The notes beneath the pieces were generated by a model. The model was not told the DNA's origin, ran no database searches, and saw only the letters and a program-made list of their open reading frames with translations. A stretch of DNA of 41,391 nt. Source: Nanobdellota archaeon (GTDB taxonomy: Archaea; Nanobdellota; Nanobdellia; Woesearchaeales; JAHJEM01). The DNA is taken from the NCBI GenBank assembly GCA_043812855.1, contig JBDRLR010000076.1, positions 1 to 41,391 of the forward strand. The letters are read 5' to 3'. A program made the translations under genes and the position numbers. Shown here in pieces: positions 15,540 to 25,974 of the stretch (position 1 is the first letter of the stretch; the number at the start of each line of letters is the position of its first letter).

Positions 15540-18500
15540 ACGAGAAGATTATCGCCGCAAGCAAAGAGATCGAGCGCCTCACGCACGAGCGAGACTCGAC
15601 CATAACCACGCTCGAAAAATACGAGCACGAGAACTATGTCGGCGTACTGACCGATGCGGAATACTTCCACCGCGTCATCGAACTGACCGGAGGCATATCC
15701 GAGCAGCAATACATCGCCGGACTGAACAAGGCGATCGGGAAGAAACAAGAAGAGCTCGAGAAGCTACGCAAGAAATACGAAGGGCATGATGAACGAAAGG
15801 CCGTCGCCGCCATCGGCGCCATGCTCTTTGTGCTGTTCGTCGTAGTCATGTGGCTGCCTTCTGGTCCCACCGGCTATGCGGTGCTCGACGCTAATACGAC
15901 AGTCAATGCGGTGCCCAACATCACGCTCGTCGATGAGGCGCGACTGAACATCAGCGACATCCTGCCTGACGTCGATCCTGCAGGAGTCACGGTCGAGATG
16001 ACTCGGATGCCACAGGTGCGGCTCGGCTACTCCGATGGCATACTCACCTTCACATCCACAGGGTTCCCTGGACAGTACACCGTCCGCCTGACCATCAGCG
16101 ATTCCGAAACGAGCATCACGACCGATTGGTTCACCATCACCGTGCTCAAAGACACCGCACCGACCATCAGCGGCGCGCCTATGCATGGCCCTGTGGAGTT
16201 CGGCAAACCCGTCACGTGGACACAGACGATCACAGCAGAAAACACGCTCTTGGAACGCATCGACAAACGCATCCCGGTCCGCCTTCCACGCGGATACGAG
16301 ACGCTGCTCATCCAAGACCAAGACACAGGAAGCAGCATTGACACCTTTGAAATCACCGACGTCACCGCCGACGCGGTGGCGCTGGACGTGCGCGATGAAG
16401 TCGGCGCAGGGGAAGAGAAGACGTACACCTTCACGTACACGACACCCGGGCCCGAGAAGGTCGAGGAAAGCATCGACCGATTCACCAAACGTGTCAGGGT
16501 GTCCTCAGTGTACAACTACAGCAATGTGACAGTGAGCGCGGACATCGGTGGCTATCCCGCCGAAGCCGTGCGAGTGTGGTGGATGAGCGACGCGGGACGC
16601 GCGCTCATGGACGCCGCGCTGATCGACCTTGACGTCGATGGGCTTGTGGATCGCGCCGAGTGGCAAGTGCCTCACTTCTCCGAGCAGGAATTCCTGGTCG
16701 AAATCACTATCCTGAATGTGCAGAGCTATCCCGCGGTCGGCGGGACGTGGACAGTACGTTTCAACACCACTGGCGTCGGTGACCTTGCGGTAAGAGTCAT
16801 CAACGGCACCAGCTGGGACGACGAGAACGACGACTTCGATTTGACATTCGCGCAGCTACAGTGCGGCGAGGACATCATCGACGCCAGCTTCATCACACTC
16901 ACCGGACAGACCAGCTACGTGCTGGTCCCCAACTACACCTGCAACTCGACCGGAGGCGAGATCAGCGGAGTCAACACGCCCGGAAAACACCACCTGGAAT
17001 TCGAATTCGGCGGGCAGAAGGCATGGGCGAACAACGATGCATCAGTCATCACCCTGCTCAGTCCCGGAAACAGGACCATCACCTCAAACCAGTACGTCAA
17101 TTTCTCCTGCTATGTCTCGGACGGAGACGGCATCGCGAACATCACCCTGTACACCAACGCGAGCGGGACATGGAAAGCCAACGAGACCGAGTATCCTTAC
17201 GGCATCAACCTGCTCGCACCGAACGGAGACTTCGAAGAAGGTCTGGGGGTCATGAACACCCGCAACGAGACGATGTGGAACTGCGTCACTGGCACATGTA
17301 CGCGCAACACGACGTCCTATGTCGAAGGATCAAGCAGCATGACCATCGCGGGGAGCAACGCATACCTGCGTCGATATTTCGACCCTCCCTTCGACGCGAC
17401 AGGAGGCGTGGCCAACACCAGCCAAATCGAAGCGGGCAAGACCTACACACTCAGCTACTGGCTGAAGACCGACCTGACCGGTGGAAGTATGAATGTCGCA
17501 TATCTTGGCGGCATCACGACTGCTGAATACGGTGTGAACCCTGCGATAGGACTCAGCATCTCAGGCAGCAGCGCCTGGACATTCTACAATATCACATTCA
17601 CCATCACCGCAGTTGGCGCGCAGCCCCAGATCAGACTTCCGTGGCCGAGCGGAACCAGCGGAGGGTATGTAATCGACGCGGTGCAATTGACCCAAGGCAC
17701 CGCGCCGCGCGCATTCACGGACGACCGCTACGGATACATCGGGATCGAGATGGACAACGGCTGCACCGTGCCAGGAGCCTGCTACACCGCGCGGACCGGG
17801 GCCAACATCACCTACACGCTCAACAACTTCACGCGGATCTCGCCGAGCGGCTCGTTCTACGACCAGGACTTCGAGCACTGCCAGGATACCAGCCGCTGCC
17901 AGATGAACTTCACCATCCAGAACGTCACGTACGACGGACAGTACCGCATGATGGTGTTTGGCCGAGACCTCAACCTCACTGCGGGCGGCATCGAATTCAG
18001 CGACGACGGAACGACGTGGAACGACTATTTTGAAGCCACAGGATACGCTCTGCGCTACCTCAAGAACATCACCATCACTGGCGGAAAATCAGACACCATG
18101 CACTTCCGCAAATACGCCGTCGACTCAGGACACCACGGGTGGCTGGACCGCATCATACTCGTACCGATAACACTGACCAACTACACGGCGAACTTCTCAA
18201 GCATCAACCTCTCTGATGGGGCGTTTGAATGGGCATGCCGACTCATCGACAACACAAGCGTCACAACGTTCGCCGCCCAGAACTACACCCTGTTCATCGG
18301 GAACGTGGCGCCGGACCAACCCATTCCCAACATCACAGGGATCGGAGGGACGAACAACACCAACGAAGACATCAACTGCTCAGCGATCATCACTGATCCC
18401 AACGCGAACACGACCGATGTGACGGTGCGGTGGTACAACAACTCTGAGTTCGTGCTGGTGGAATATTTCAATAACAGCTACGTGAACGGGACGCTGTTCA

Positions 18501-21500
18501 ACGCGACGCTCGGAGCAGGGAACACGACCAGAGGAGATACATGGACCTGCGAGATGCGGCTCTACGATGGGAACCTGCATAGCGGATGGGGTAACAGCAG
18601 CACTATCGCTATCGCCAACAGCGCACCCGACACGCAGACGCCCAACATCAGCAGCGTCGATGGCAGCAACATGAGCTCCGCCGATCTGAACTGCTCCTCC
18701 ATCATCGGAGACCTCGACGGTGACACCCTGGACGTCTCCGTGCGCTGGTACAACAACTCGGAGTTCGCGCTTGTCGACTATTACAACAACAGCTATGTGA
18801 ATGGGACGCTGTTCAACGCGACGCTCGGAGCAGGGAACACCTCAGGCAAAGACCGATGGAACTGCGAGATAAGGACCGGCGACGGAACGGAAACGAGCGC
18901 ATGGGCAAACTCGAGCGCGATCAGCATCATTGATACGACACCACCAATCATCACCTTCGTGTCGCCCAGCCCCGGCAACGCGTCGACCGTCTACGCAAGA
19001 TGGACCTCCCTGAGCGCCACCGTCGTCGACGCGTCCCGGACGGCCGCATGGTTCGACTGGAACCGATCACTGCTCGGGTACTGGAGCATGGAATACTCCA
19101 ATGCCACAGGTATCTTGGACAACTCTACGCACGACGTCACGGCCCAATTCAAGAACGGCCTGAACGCGAGCGGACTGCACACAGGACTGTTCGGAACGGC
19201 GCTGCGCTTCGACGGGACAAACGATTATCTGAACCTGACCTCTCTCATATCGGCACGCAATGTCACCTACGGCGGATGGTTCTACTTCGACGACTTCAGC
19301 TGTCCAGGAGACTACTGCGTGCCTATGCAGCAGGCGACCAGCGGCGACGTAGGATACGAGATGTACACCGATACGACAGGCAAACTCTGGTGCTACGACG
19401 GAGCATTGGCCTCTCCGACCGCAGGCGTCACGATATCCGCAGGAACCTGGCACCATATCATGTGCTGGCACAACAGCACACATTTCGGACTGTACGTGAA
19501 CGGGACGCTACAAGGCGTCACGCGCGCGAGCACGGCCAACCCTGTAGCAGAGGACCTCGTCGTCGGCGGCGGAGTGGACCAGAATAGTTATTGGTTCAAC
19601 GGCAGCGCCGATGAGATCATCGTGTTCAACCGCGCGCTGGGAGGCGACGAGATCCTGACGCTCTTCAACAACTCCGCGAATGCCCTTGCGCACAACTTTA
19701 CCAGTCTTGATGCGGGGACATACAACTACACTGCGTACGCGATGGATGACTCAGGAAACCTGAAGATCACCGACGTGCGCAATGTCGTGGTCGACCCGGA
19801 CTGTTCTGTGGACGGAACAGAACTCATCATCACCACATACAAGACGTGCAGCAACAGCACGATGCGTCCGACAAACCTGACGATCAATTCAGGCGGCACA
19901 CTTATGCTCGACGGCGTGAACCTGACCGTGACGGGGAACACGACCGTGAAGAGCGGAGGCGTGCTCGACGTTCGCAACTCGCACGACTCGGTATGGTACA
20001 ACGGACCCGTCACCGTAACAGGACTGAACAACTATTCAGGTGTCACGGTGCATATGAACGGCACGTGCGACGGATGCGTCTGGATGAACGTCACCGGCAC
20101 CATCGACATGACTGACACGACATTCACCAACGGAGACGACGCGGCCAGCCAATACCTCTTCCGGGCGCAGCCAGGCGCCATCGTCAACATTCGGGGCTCG
20201 CTCATAGAGCAGTCAGGGTATGCTGACACGACGTACGGACGTGGACCGCTCATCCAGTCAGACTACGCCAACATCACGAACACCACATTCGGCGACAACT
20301 TCTACGGCCTGGTGCTCGACGGAGCAATGCATGCCCACATACACAACAGCTCGCTGTCTGCCGGAACAGGGGGCGTCAGCATCTATCTGCGCTACGCCAA
20401 CTGGACGACCATCAACACGACTGACATCCAGACCACATCGATGGCGCTTAACTGCTACCAGTCCGGAAACGTGAGCGTCATGAACAGCACCATGACCGCA
20501 ACGCCAGGCACTGATTTTCTCCAGCAGGTCTACATGAACGACTGCGACGACTGGAACATCACCGACACCAACATCACCATGCATGATAACCCTGCGGTCC
20601 AGACTGACAACGTGTATCTAGAGAACAGCGACCGGAGCATCTGGAGCCGAGTCAACATCACGCATGAGATCACGATCGACGCGTCGTCAGGGATCATGCT
20701 CCAAACATCCCACGACGCACTTTTCCTGAGCAGCTACGTGGAAGGCATGACATGGAACCCCATCAGCGCCGTAGACAGCGAAGGCTTCACCGCGGTCGAC
20801 ACGAAGATAGTGACTGGCGATGGGGGCGACAGCGCCATCTTCGTGAGCAACTCCGCGCTCACCTTCCTGAACGTGACGCACTCCGCGAACACCGTCATCA
20901 CCGCATCCGGCGGCGTCATCATCAACAAGCACCGACTGCGCTTCGCCGTGAAAGACGACCAAGGCGACGCTGTCGACAGCGTCAGCGTCACGCTCTACAA
21001 CAAGACAGCGCAGAGCGAATACGGATTGACGAGCGGAAGCGACGGGAACACCACGTGGAACAACGCAACCCAATACATCCAGACAGGTACCACCGCGTTC
21101 ACGTACTACAGCAACTACAGCGCAAACGCCACGCACGCAGGGTATACGACCGCAAGCACGACATTCAACCACACCACCAGCGGGACGAGAAACATCACCA
21201 TCAGCGCCACCCCTGCCTTGAGCAGCGGACCCAACATCACGAATGACCCTAAGCTCTTCAACGACATCGCGTGCAAAGCGGTGGTGCGCGACGCGGACAG
21301 CTCGACCCTGTACGTCAACTACTCCTGGTACAAGAACGGAGCCAAGCAGATCAGCGGACAACAGGCAGCGACCAACAACACCCTCGCGACCGTCACCCTG
21401 ACGGCAAACTACACCATCAACGGAGAGTCTTGGCAATGCGAGATCACACCCTACGACACTTTCGGCTATGGCACGAGCACGAACAGCAGCGCAGTGACGG

Positions 21501-24500
21501 TCAACAACGTCGTCACCTGCGGCGACACGATCAGCAGGGCCGGAAGCTACATCGCGAACGCGAGCGTCAGCAACTACGGCGGAGTCGGAGCGATATGCGT
21601 CAAGATCAACGTGAGTGACGTGAACCTGGACTGCAAAGGATACACGTTCGATGGCACGGACAGCTCAAATTCATATGGCATATACGCCTACGGGACACAG
21701 AGCGTCTGGACCAGGAACGTCACGGTCGGCAACTGCTCGTTGAACGACTGGAGCATCGGTCTCGACTATGTGTACCTCAATTCAGGACTGATAATCGACT
21801 CCAATGTCACCAGCGGCCGCTCTGGTGGAACAAGCTTCTTCATCGCGATAACAAACCAGACGAACATCACACGCGTCGTGAGCAGCGGCACGACGTACGG
21901 CATCAGGACGTCAAACACCAACAACAGCATGATACGGAACTCGACCGCCACGGACATCACTAGTCTGCACATAGTCTCTTCAGAAAACATCACATTACAA
22001 GGGATCAGCGCCAGCACAGGGACCACACTCGTCACCGTACAGTCCGGAGAGAATGTGAGCATCATCGATAGCGTCTTCGACTCATTCACAACCACAGGCA
22101 TCGAGCTTGACTATACCAACCGAATCACCATGACCAATCTGACACTCACTCATCCGACGGGAAGCAGCGCGAACGGCATCCTGTTCGTAGGATCAGGGAA
22201 CAACAGCGTGACCAACACGACAATCAGACGGATCGCAAGAGCGATAGATATGAATGGCTTTGCTGCCCTCAGCCTTCGCGCGGACGGAAACCTCATCGCC
22301 AACAACACGTTCGAGGACAATCAGTACGGAGTCTATATAGGCCCTACGACATCAAACACGATAGTAATCCTCAACAATATCACGTCGAACCGGATCATCA
22401 ACAGCAGCGAGTACGGCATCTACATCAGCATGGTCAATGCAGCCAACATCACCAACAACACCATCTGGAACAACTTCCTCAACAACACCAACAACAGCAA
22501 TGTCACGGACGGAACGTACAACGCATGGAACACGAGCAACACCACCGCCACCAACATCATCGGCGGAACGAAGATCATCGGCAACTACTGGGCATGGCCA
22601 AACGGAAGCGGATATTCGCAGACCTGCGCGGACCTCGACAACGACGACATATGCGACCAAGCATACACCCTGGCTGCGCAGAACGTCGACTACTGGCCGC
22701 TGACCGACCCCAACCGTGCGCCCTACATGAATGGTTCGCGCATCTCGCCGACGACCGCATACGTCAGCGACAAACTTCTAGGATACTGCAACGGCACGGA
22801 CCTCGACAACGACAACCTGACATACTACTACTCGTGGTACGTGGACGGAGTCAAGAACCAGACTGGCAGCAACAACAACGCGAGCATCCGCTTCTTTCCG
22901 GGAGTGGAAGCGAATGTGAACAATGTCACGAGCAACAATCTCGCCGCGGGCCAAAGCTGGATGCTGGAATGCATCGCGTACGACGGAGCATCCAACAGCT
23001 CAAAGATGAACAGCAGCAGCCTTGCCATCCAGAACAGCCTGCCTGCGGTGACGAACGTGCACATCGAGCCGGACCCAGCCATCACGACCGACACGCTGCG
23101 AGGATACTGCACGGCCACGGACGCCAACAGCCAGAACGTCACGTACAACTGGGCATGGTACCGCAACGGGACGGTGTACAGCACCGGACGGGAGGCTGGG
23201 ACTGCCTCCACTGTCACCATCAGACCCGACGGAGCCGGAGAGAACACACAGATCGAGTTCCAAGTCCCTGGCAGCGACAGCCACTGGGACAAGGTGGACG
23301 AGGCGACGGCGGACGACGATACCACGTACGTCTATACTGACCAACTCTCGTCGACTCCCAATACGACCCTAGACTTGTACACACTTGAATCTCCAGGCAT
23401 ATCGGATGGAACCATCAGCAAGATTGTGGTCACCGCTCGCCTCTATCAGTACGCGATCGGGGACGCATACGTGAAGAGGAGGTTCTCCGTGCGTACATCA
23501 TCCACCTACTATTCCACGCAGGCAAACCTCATCTTTGGTTGGCGCACAGCATCCAATACTTGGAACACTGATCCCGCAGGAGGAAGCTGGACGTGGAGCG
23601 CCATCGAAACACTGCAAGCAGGCATGGAGCTCGAAGTACAAGGCGATGATGTTCTGTCGGCAGTGGCTGGATTGTCTCAAGTCTATGCAATCATATCATA
23701 CAAGACCAACGTCCCCAACCACACGCAAGGCGTGGAATTCAACATCGCAAACATCTCCAACTCACTGACATCACACAACCAACTGTGGGTCCTCGAATGC
23801 TGGGCGGAGGACGGAATCGGCAACGGCACGAAGGTCAACAGCACCGCGCTGAACATCTCCAACTCGCCGCCCAACACGCCCACGCTCATCGCGCCAAGCA
23901 ATGACAACCAGACGGTGCACGAGCGACGCTTCGACTTCGACTGGAGCACCACCGACCTCGACAGCGACCCTCTGACGTACAACATCAACATCACCAGCAA
24001 CACCGGATGCGCAGGAGACATCCACATCACCGGCGACACGTACTCCAACTACACACCCACCGTCAATCTGTGCACCGTGGATGAAGACGGCGGGACGAAC
24101 GTCTACAACTGGACCGTCCAGGCATGTGACCCCCACGATTGCAGCGCATGGAGCGAAAGCTGGAACTTCACCATCGAACCCTACGTCTCCATCGCGTTCC
24201 TCAACAACGAGATCAACTTCGGCGACCTGCGATTGGGAGAGTGGAACGACACCAGCGACGACGACCCGCCCCCGTTCACGCTCGAGAACCAAGGGAACGT
24301 CCTGGCCGAAGTCATCAACGTCACCGCCAACGCATCCATATGGAGCAGCCAGCCGCTCGGCAGCGAATACTGGCAGATCAAAGCCGACAACTCCAGCGAG
24401 CCCGACTCATTCAACTGGTCCAATAGCACCACCAACTACGTGCCCATCAGCGCAAGCAACCAATCCATCATCGGCAGCCTGCTGTGGAACGACACCTCAG

Positions 24501-24598
24501 ACACCGTCGAGATCGACATCAACGTCAGCGTCCCCATGCAAGAACCGCCAGGGAACAAGACCGCCAAAGTCATCATCTGGTTCACCCAACTCACATGA
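15536..24598 (+). CDS. giant (~3020 aa) N-terminally anchored surface adhesin-like protein
   Basis: ATG 15536 follows GGAGG (15526-15530) and overlaps the HTH1 stop (ATGA). Domain order: ~85-aa charged coiled-coil N-terminus; one TM (AVAAIGAMLFVLFVVVMWL, ~15800-15856); Ig/cadherin-like modules; CBM-like jelly roll (NGDFEEG...YVIDAVQL, ~17210-17700); two tandem 105-aa modules (18308-18937); LamG-like module (LRFDGTNDYLNL...ADEIIVFNRAL, ~19060-19680); parallel beta-helix/NosD-like regions (~19800-22700, with GNYWAWPNGSGY..DLDNDDICD); further L-x-C..WY-x-NG..W-x-C-E..DG modules; an FN3-like module; and a C-terminal subunit-like domain (24176-24595). N-x-S/T sequons are very dense. Confidence 0.9.
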   Translation: MNEKIIAASKEIERLTHERDSTITTLEKYEHENYVGVLTDAEYFHRVIELTGGISEQQYIAGLNKAIGKKQEELEKLRKKYEGHDERKAVAAIGAMLFVLFVVVMWLPSGPTGYAVLDANTTVNAVPNITLVDEARLNISDILPDVDPAGVTVEMTRMPQVRLGYSDGILTFTSTGFPGQYTVRLTISDSETSITTDWFTITVLKDTAPTISGAPMHGPVEFGKPVTWTQTITAENTLLERIDKRIPVRLPRGYETLLIQDQDTGSSIDTFEITDVTADAVALDVRDEVGAGEEKTYTFTYTTPGPEKVEESIDRFTKRVRVSSVYNYSNVTVSADIGGYPAEAVRVWWMSDAGRALMDAALIDLDVDGLVDRAEWQVPHFSEQEFLVEITILNVQSYPAVGGTWTVRFNTTGVGDLAVRVINGTSWDDENDDFDLTFAQLQCGEDIIDASFITLTGQTSYVLVPNYTCNSTGGEISGVNTPGKHHLEFEFGGQKAWANNDASVITLLSPGNRTITSNQYVNFSCYVSDGDGIANITLYTNASGTWKANETEYPYGINLLAPNGDFEEGLGVMNTRNETMWNCVTGTCTRNTTSYVEGSSSMTIAGSNAYLRRYFDPPFDATGGVANTSQIEAGKTYTLSYWLKTDLTGGSMNVAYLGGITTAEYGVNPAIGLSISGSSAWTFYNITFTITAVGAQPQIRLPWPSGTSGGYVIDAVQLTQGTAPRAFTDDRYGYIGIEMDNGCTVPGACYTARTGANITYTLNNFTRISPSGSFYDQDFEHCQDTSRCQMNFTIQNVTYDGQYRMMVFGRDLNLTAGGIEFSDDGTTWNDYFEATGYALRYLKNITITGGKSDTMHFRKYAVDSGHHGWLDRIILVPITLTNYTANFSSINLSDGAFEWACRLIDNTSVTTFAAQNYTLFIGNVAPDQPIPNITGIGGTNNTNEDINCSAIITDPNANTTDVTVRWYNNSEFVLVEYFNNSYVNGTLFNATLGAGNTTRGDTWTCEMRLYDGNLHSGWGNSSTIAIANSAPDTQTPNISSVDGSNMSSADLNCSSIIGDLDGDTLDVSVRWYNNSEFALVDYYNNSYVNGTLFNATLGAGNTSGKDRWNCEIRTGDGTETSAWANSSAISIIDTTPPIITFVSPSPGNASTVYARWTSLSATVVDASRTAAWFDWNRSLLGYWSMEYSNATGILDNSTHDVTAQFKNGLNASGLHTGLFGTALRFDGTNDYLNLTSLISARNVTYGGWFYFDDFSCPGDYCVPMQQATSGDVGYEMYTDTTGKLWCYDGALASPTAGVTISAGTWHHIMCWHNSTHFGLYVNGTLQGVTRASTANPVAEDLVVGGGVDQNSYWFNGSADEIIVFNRALGGDEILTLFNNSANALAHNFTSLDAGTYNYTAYAMDDSGNLKITDVRNVVVDPDCSVDGTELIITTYKTCSNSTMRPTNLTINSGGTLMLDGVNLTVTGNTTVKSGGVLDVRNSHDSVWYNGPVTVTGLNNYSGVTVHMNGTCDGCVWMNVTGTIDMTDTTFTNGDDAASQYLFRAQPGAIVNIRGSLIEQSGYADTTYGRGPLIQSDYANITNTTFGDNFYGLVLDGAMHAHIHNSSLSAGTGGVSIYLRYANWTTINTTDIQTTSMALNCYQSGNVSVMNSTMTATPGTDFLQQVYMNDCDDWNITDTNITMHDNPAVQTDNVYLENSDRSIWSRVNITHEITIDASSGIMLQTSHDALFLSSYVEGMTWNPISAVDSEGFTAVDTKIVTGDGGDSAIFVSNSALTFLNVTHSANTVITASGGVIINKHRLRFAVKDDQGDAVDSVSVTLYNKTAQSEYGLTSGSDGNTTWNNATQYIQTGTTAFTYYSNYSANATHAGYTTASTTFNHTTSGTRNITISATPALSSGPNITNDPKLFNDIACKAVVRDADSSTLYVNYSWYKNGAKQISGQQAATNNTLATVTLTANYTINGESWQCEITPYDTFGYGTSTNSSAVTVNNVVTCGDTISRAGSYIANASVSNYGGVGAICVKINVSDVNLDCKGYTFDGTDSSNSYGIYAYGTQSVWTRNVTVGNCSLNDWSIGLDYVYLNSGLIIDSNVTSGRSGGTSFFIAITNQTNITRVVSSGTTYGIRTSNTNNSMIRNSTATDITSLHIVSSENITLQGISASTGTTLVTVQSGENVSIIDSVFDSFTTTGIELDYTNRITMTNLTLTHPTGSSANGILFVGSGNNSVTNTTIRRIARAIDMNGFAALSLRADGNLIANNTFEDNQYGVYIGPTTSNTIVILNNITSNRIINSSEYGIYISMVNAANITNNTIWNNFLNNTNNSNVTDGTYNAWNTSNTTATNIIGGTKIIGNYWAWPNGSGYSQTCADLDNDDICDQAYTLAAQNVDYWPLTDPNRAPYMNGSRISPTTAYVSDKLLGYCNGTDLDNDNLTYYYSWYVDGVKNQTGSNNNASIRFFPGVEANVNNVTSNNLAAGQSWMLECIAYDGASNSSKMNSSSLAIQNSLPAVTNVHIEPDPAITTDTLRGYCTATDANSQNVTYNWAWYRNGTVYSTGREAGTASTVTIRPDGAGENTQIEFQVPGSDSHWDKVDEATADDDTTYVYTDQLSSTPNTTLDLYTLESPGISDGTISKIVVTARLYQYAIGDAYVKRRFSVRTSSTYYSTQANLIFGWRTASNTWNTDPAGGSWTWSAIETLQAGMELEVQGDDVLSAVAGLSQVYAIISYKTNVPNHTQGVEFNIANISNSLTSHNQLWVLECWAEDGIGNGTKVNSTALNISNSPPNTPTLIAPSNDNQTVHERRFDFDWSTTDLDSDPLTYNINITSNTGCAGDIHITGDTYSNYTPTVNLCTVDEDGGTNVYNWTVQACDPHDCSAWSESWNFTIEPYVSIAFLNNEINFGDLRLGEWNDTSDDDPPPFTLENQGNVLAEVINVTANASIWSSQPLGSEYWQIKADNSSEPDSFNWSNSTTNYVPISASNQSIIGSLLWNDTSDTVEIDINVSVPMQEPPGNKTAKVIIWFTQLT
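18308..18937 (+). repeat. tandem duplication, 2 x 315 nt (105-aa Ig-like module) inside the giant gene
   Basis: Units start at 18308 and 18623. They share an identical 38-mer, GGGACGCTGTTCAACGCGACGCTCGGAGCAGGGAACAC, and the protein block VRWYNNSEF.LV.Y.NNSYVNGTLFNATLGAGNT. Confidence 0.85.
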
Positions 24599-25974
24599 AC
24601 GACACCGACAGAAGGATAGCGAAAGGTCAGACGCAGATGATACTCTGCCTGTTCATACTGCTCATCTTCTCCACAGGAGTCCACGCCCTCGGCGTCGCGC
24701 CATCGCGCACCGTCGTCGACTACACCGGACAGAAGGAGATCATCATCTCCGGACGCGTCCTCAACAATGAGGCAAAAGACATGCGCGTCCTCATCGTCCC
24801 CGCCGACGACCTCGCCGGTAGCGTGACCATCCCGCAGAACATCATCAGCCTCACCGCAGGCCAAGGAGAGGCGAAGTTCACCTACGCACTCGTCGTTCCG
24901 ACCAACCTGAGACCAGGACCCAACCTGCTCTCCATGCACTTCATCGCGCTGCCCGCAGAACGGCAGCAAGAGATCATCGTCGTCGGAGGAAAGCTCGTCA
25001 CGCTTGACACCGAACACGACACCGCCCAAATCAGCGCGACCAGCGCAATCATCCAGCAGGTCGTCATCCAAGTCCCCTACCCTGGAACGTACGCCGACGG
25101 AAAACTCTACGTCGGCGCAAGCGGCATCAACGAGCCCGTCACGTTCACCGCCAGCCTCCACAACCGCGGAGACACCCACATCAGCGCTCAAGGATACGTC
25201 CTCATCAAAGGCGCAACGAACGAAGAGATCGCGCGCCTGGACATCCCCGGAACCGTCGAGATCGACAGCAACGGCGAATCCAAGCTCGTCGCCCAATGGG
25301 ACGGAACGTCCAACGAAGGCATCTACTACGCCGAGTTCATCGTCACCTACAACGGCGAGACCCTCGTGCTCGACCAGCCATTCAACATCGGAAACAAGTA
25401 CATCGCGATCGAAGAGATCAATGTCAAGAGCTTCCGTCTCGGAGCCATCGCCAAGCTCGACGTGGCGCTCCTGAGCAAATGGAACGAACCAATCATGGAC
25501 GTCTACAGCGAAATGCAGATCCTCGACAAGGAAGGATCAGTCCTCGACACCTTCAAGACCAGCGAAGTCACACTGCCTGCCCGGGGCAAAGGCGTCGTCT
25601 CAGGATACTGGGACACAGAAGGCGTGCAGATCGGCGACTACGACGTCCAGGTCGTCGTCAATTACGCAGGAACGACCAGCCAGAAACTCTTCGACGCAGT
25701 CGTGTCGCTCGACTCCATCACGTTCAAAGGACAGACGCTCACCGGAGAAGTCATCGGCAGCCCGCAAAGCGGAGGCAAGCTGAGCCTGCTCATCATCCTG
25801 GTCGGCGTCCTCATCGTGCTGAACATCGGACTGTTCATCTTCATCAAACGATCATGGCGAGGGCGGCCGCCTCAAGGCGGACCGCAGCAACCCTACGCCT
25901 CGCCTCCCGTATCGTCGCCGAACATCGCTTCCGCTAGCGCGCCGCAACAACCAGGCCAGAGGTACGGTCCATGA
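24595..25974 (+). CDS. membrane-anchored multi-Ig (CARDB/PapD-like) surface protein, copy 1
   Basis: The ATG overlaps the giant gene's stop (ATGA). Signal peptide ..LLIFSTGVHA then LGVAPSRTVVDYTGQKEIIISGRVLNN. Several beta-sandwich modules. C-terminal TM LSLLIILVGVLIVLNIGLFIFI and a P/Q-rich tail. Paralogue of 27242-28444. Start at M38 of ORF 24484-25974. Confidence 0.85.
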   Translation: MNDTDRRIAKGQTQMILCLFILLIFSTGVHALGVAPSRTVVDYTGQKEIIISGRVLNNEAKDMRVLIVPADDLAGSVTIPQNIISLTAGQGEAKFTYALVVPTNLRPGPNLLSMHFIALPAERQQEIIVVGGKLVTLDTEHDTAQISATSAIIQQVVIQVPYPGTYADGKLYVGASGINEPVTFTASLHNRGDTHISAQGYVLIKGATNEEIARLDIPGTVEIDSNGESKLVAQWDGTSNEGIYYAEFIVTYNGETLVLDQPFNIGNKYIAIEEINVKSFRLGAIAKLDVALLSKWNEPIMDVYSEMQILDKEGSVLDTFKTSEVTLPARGKGVVSGYWDTEGVQIGDYDVQVVVNYAGTTSQKLFDAVVSLDSITFKGQTLTGEVIGSPQSGGKLSLLIILVGVLIVLNIGLFIFIKRSWRGRPPQGGPQQPYASPPVSSPNIASASAPQQPGQRYGP

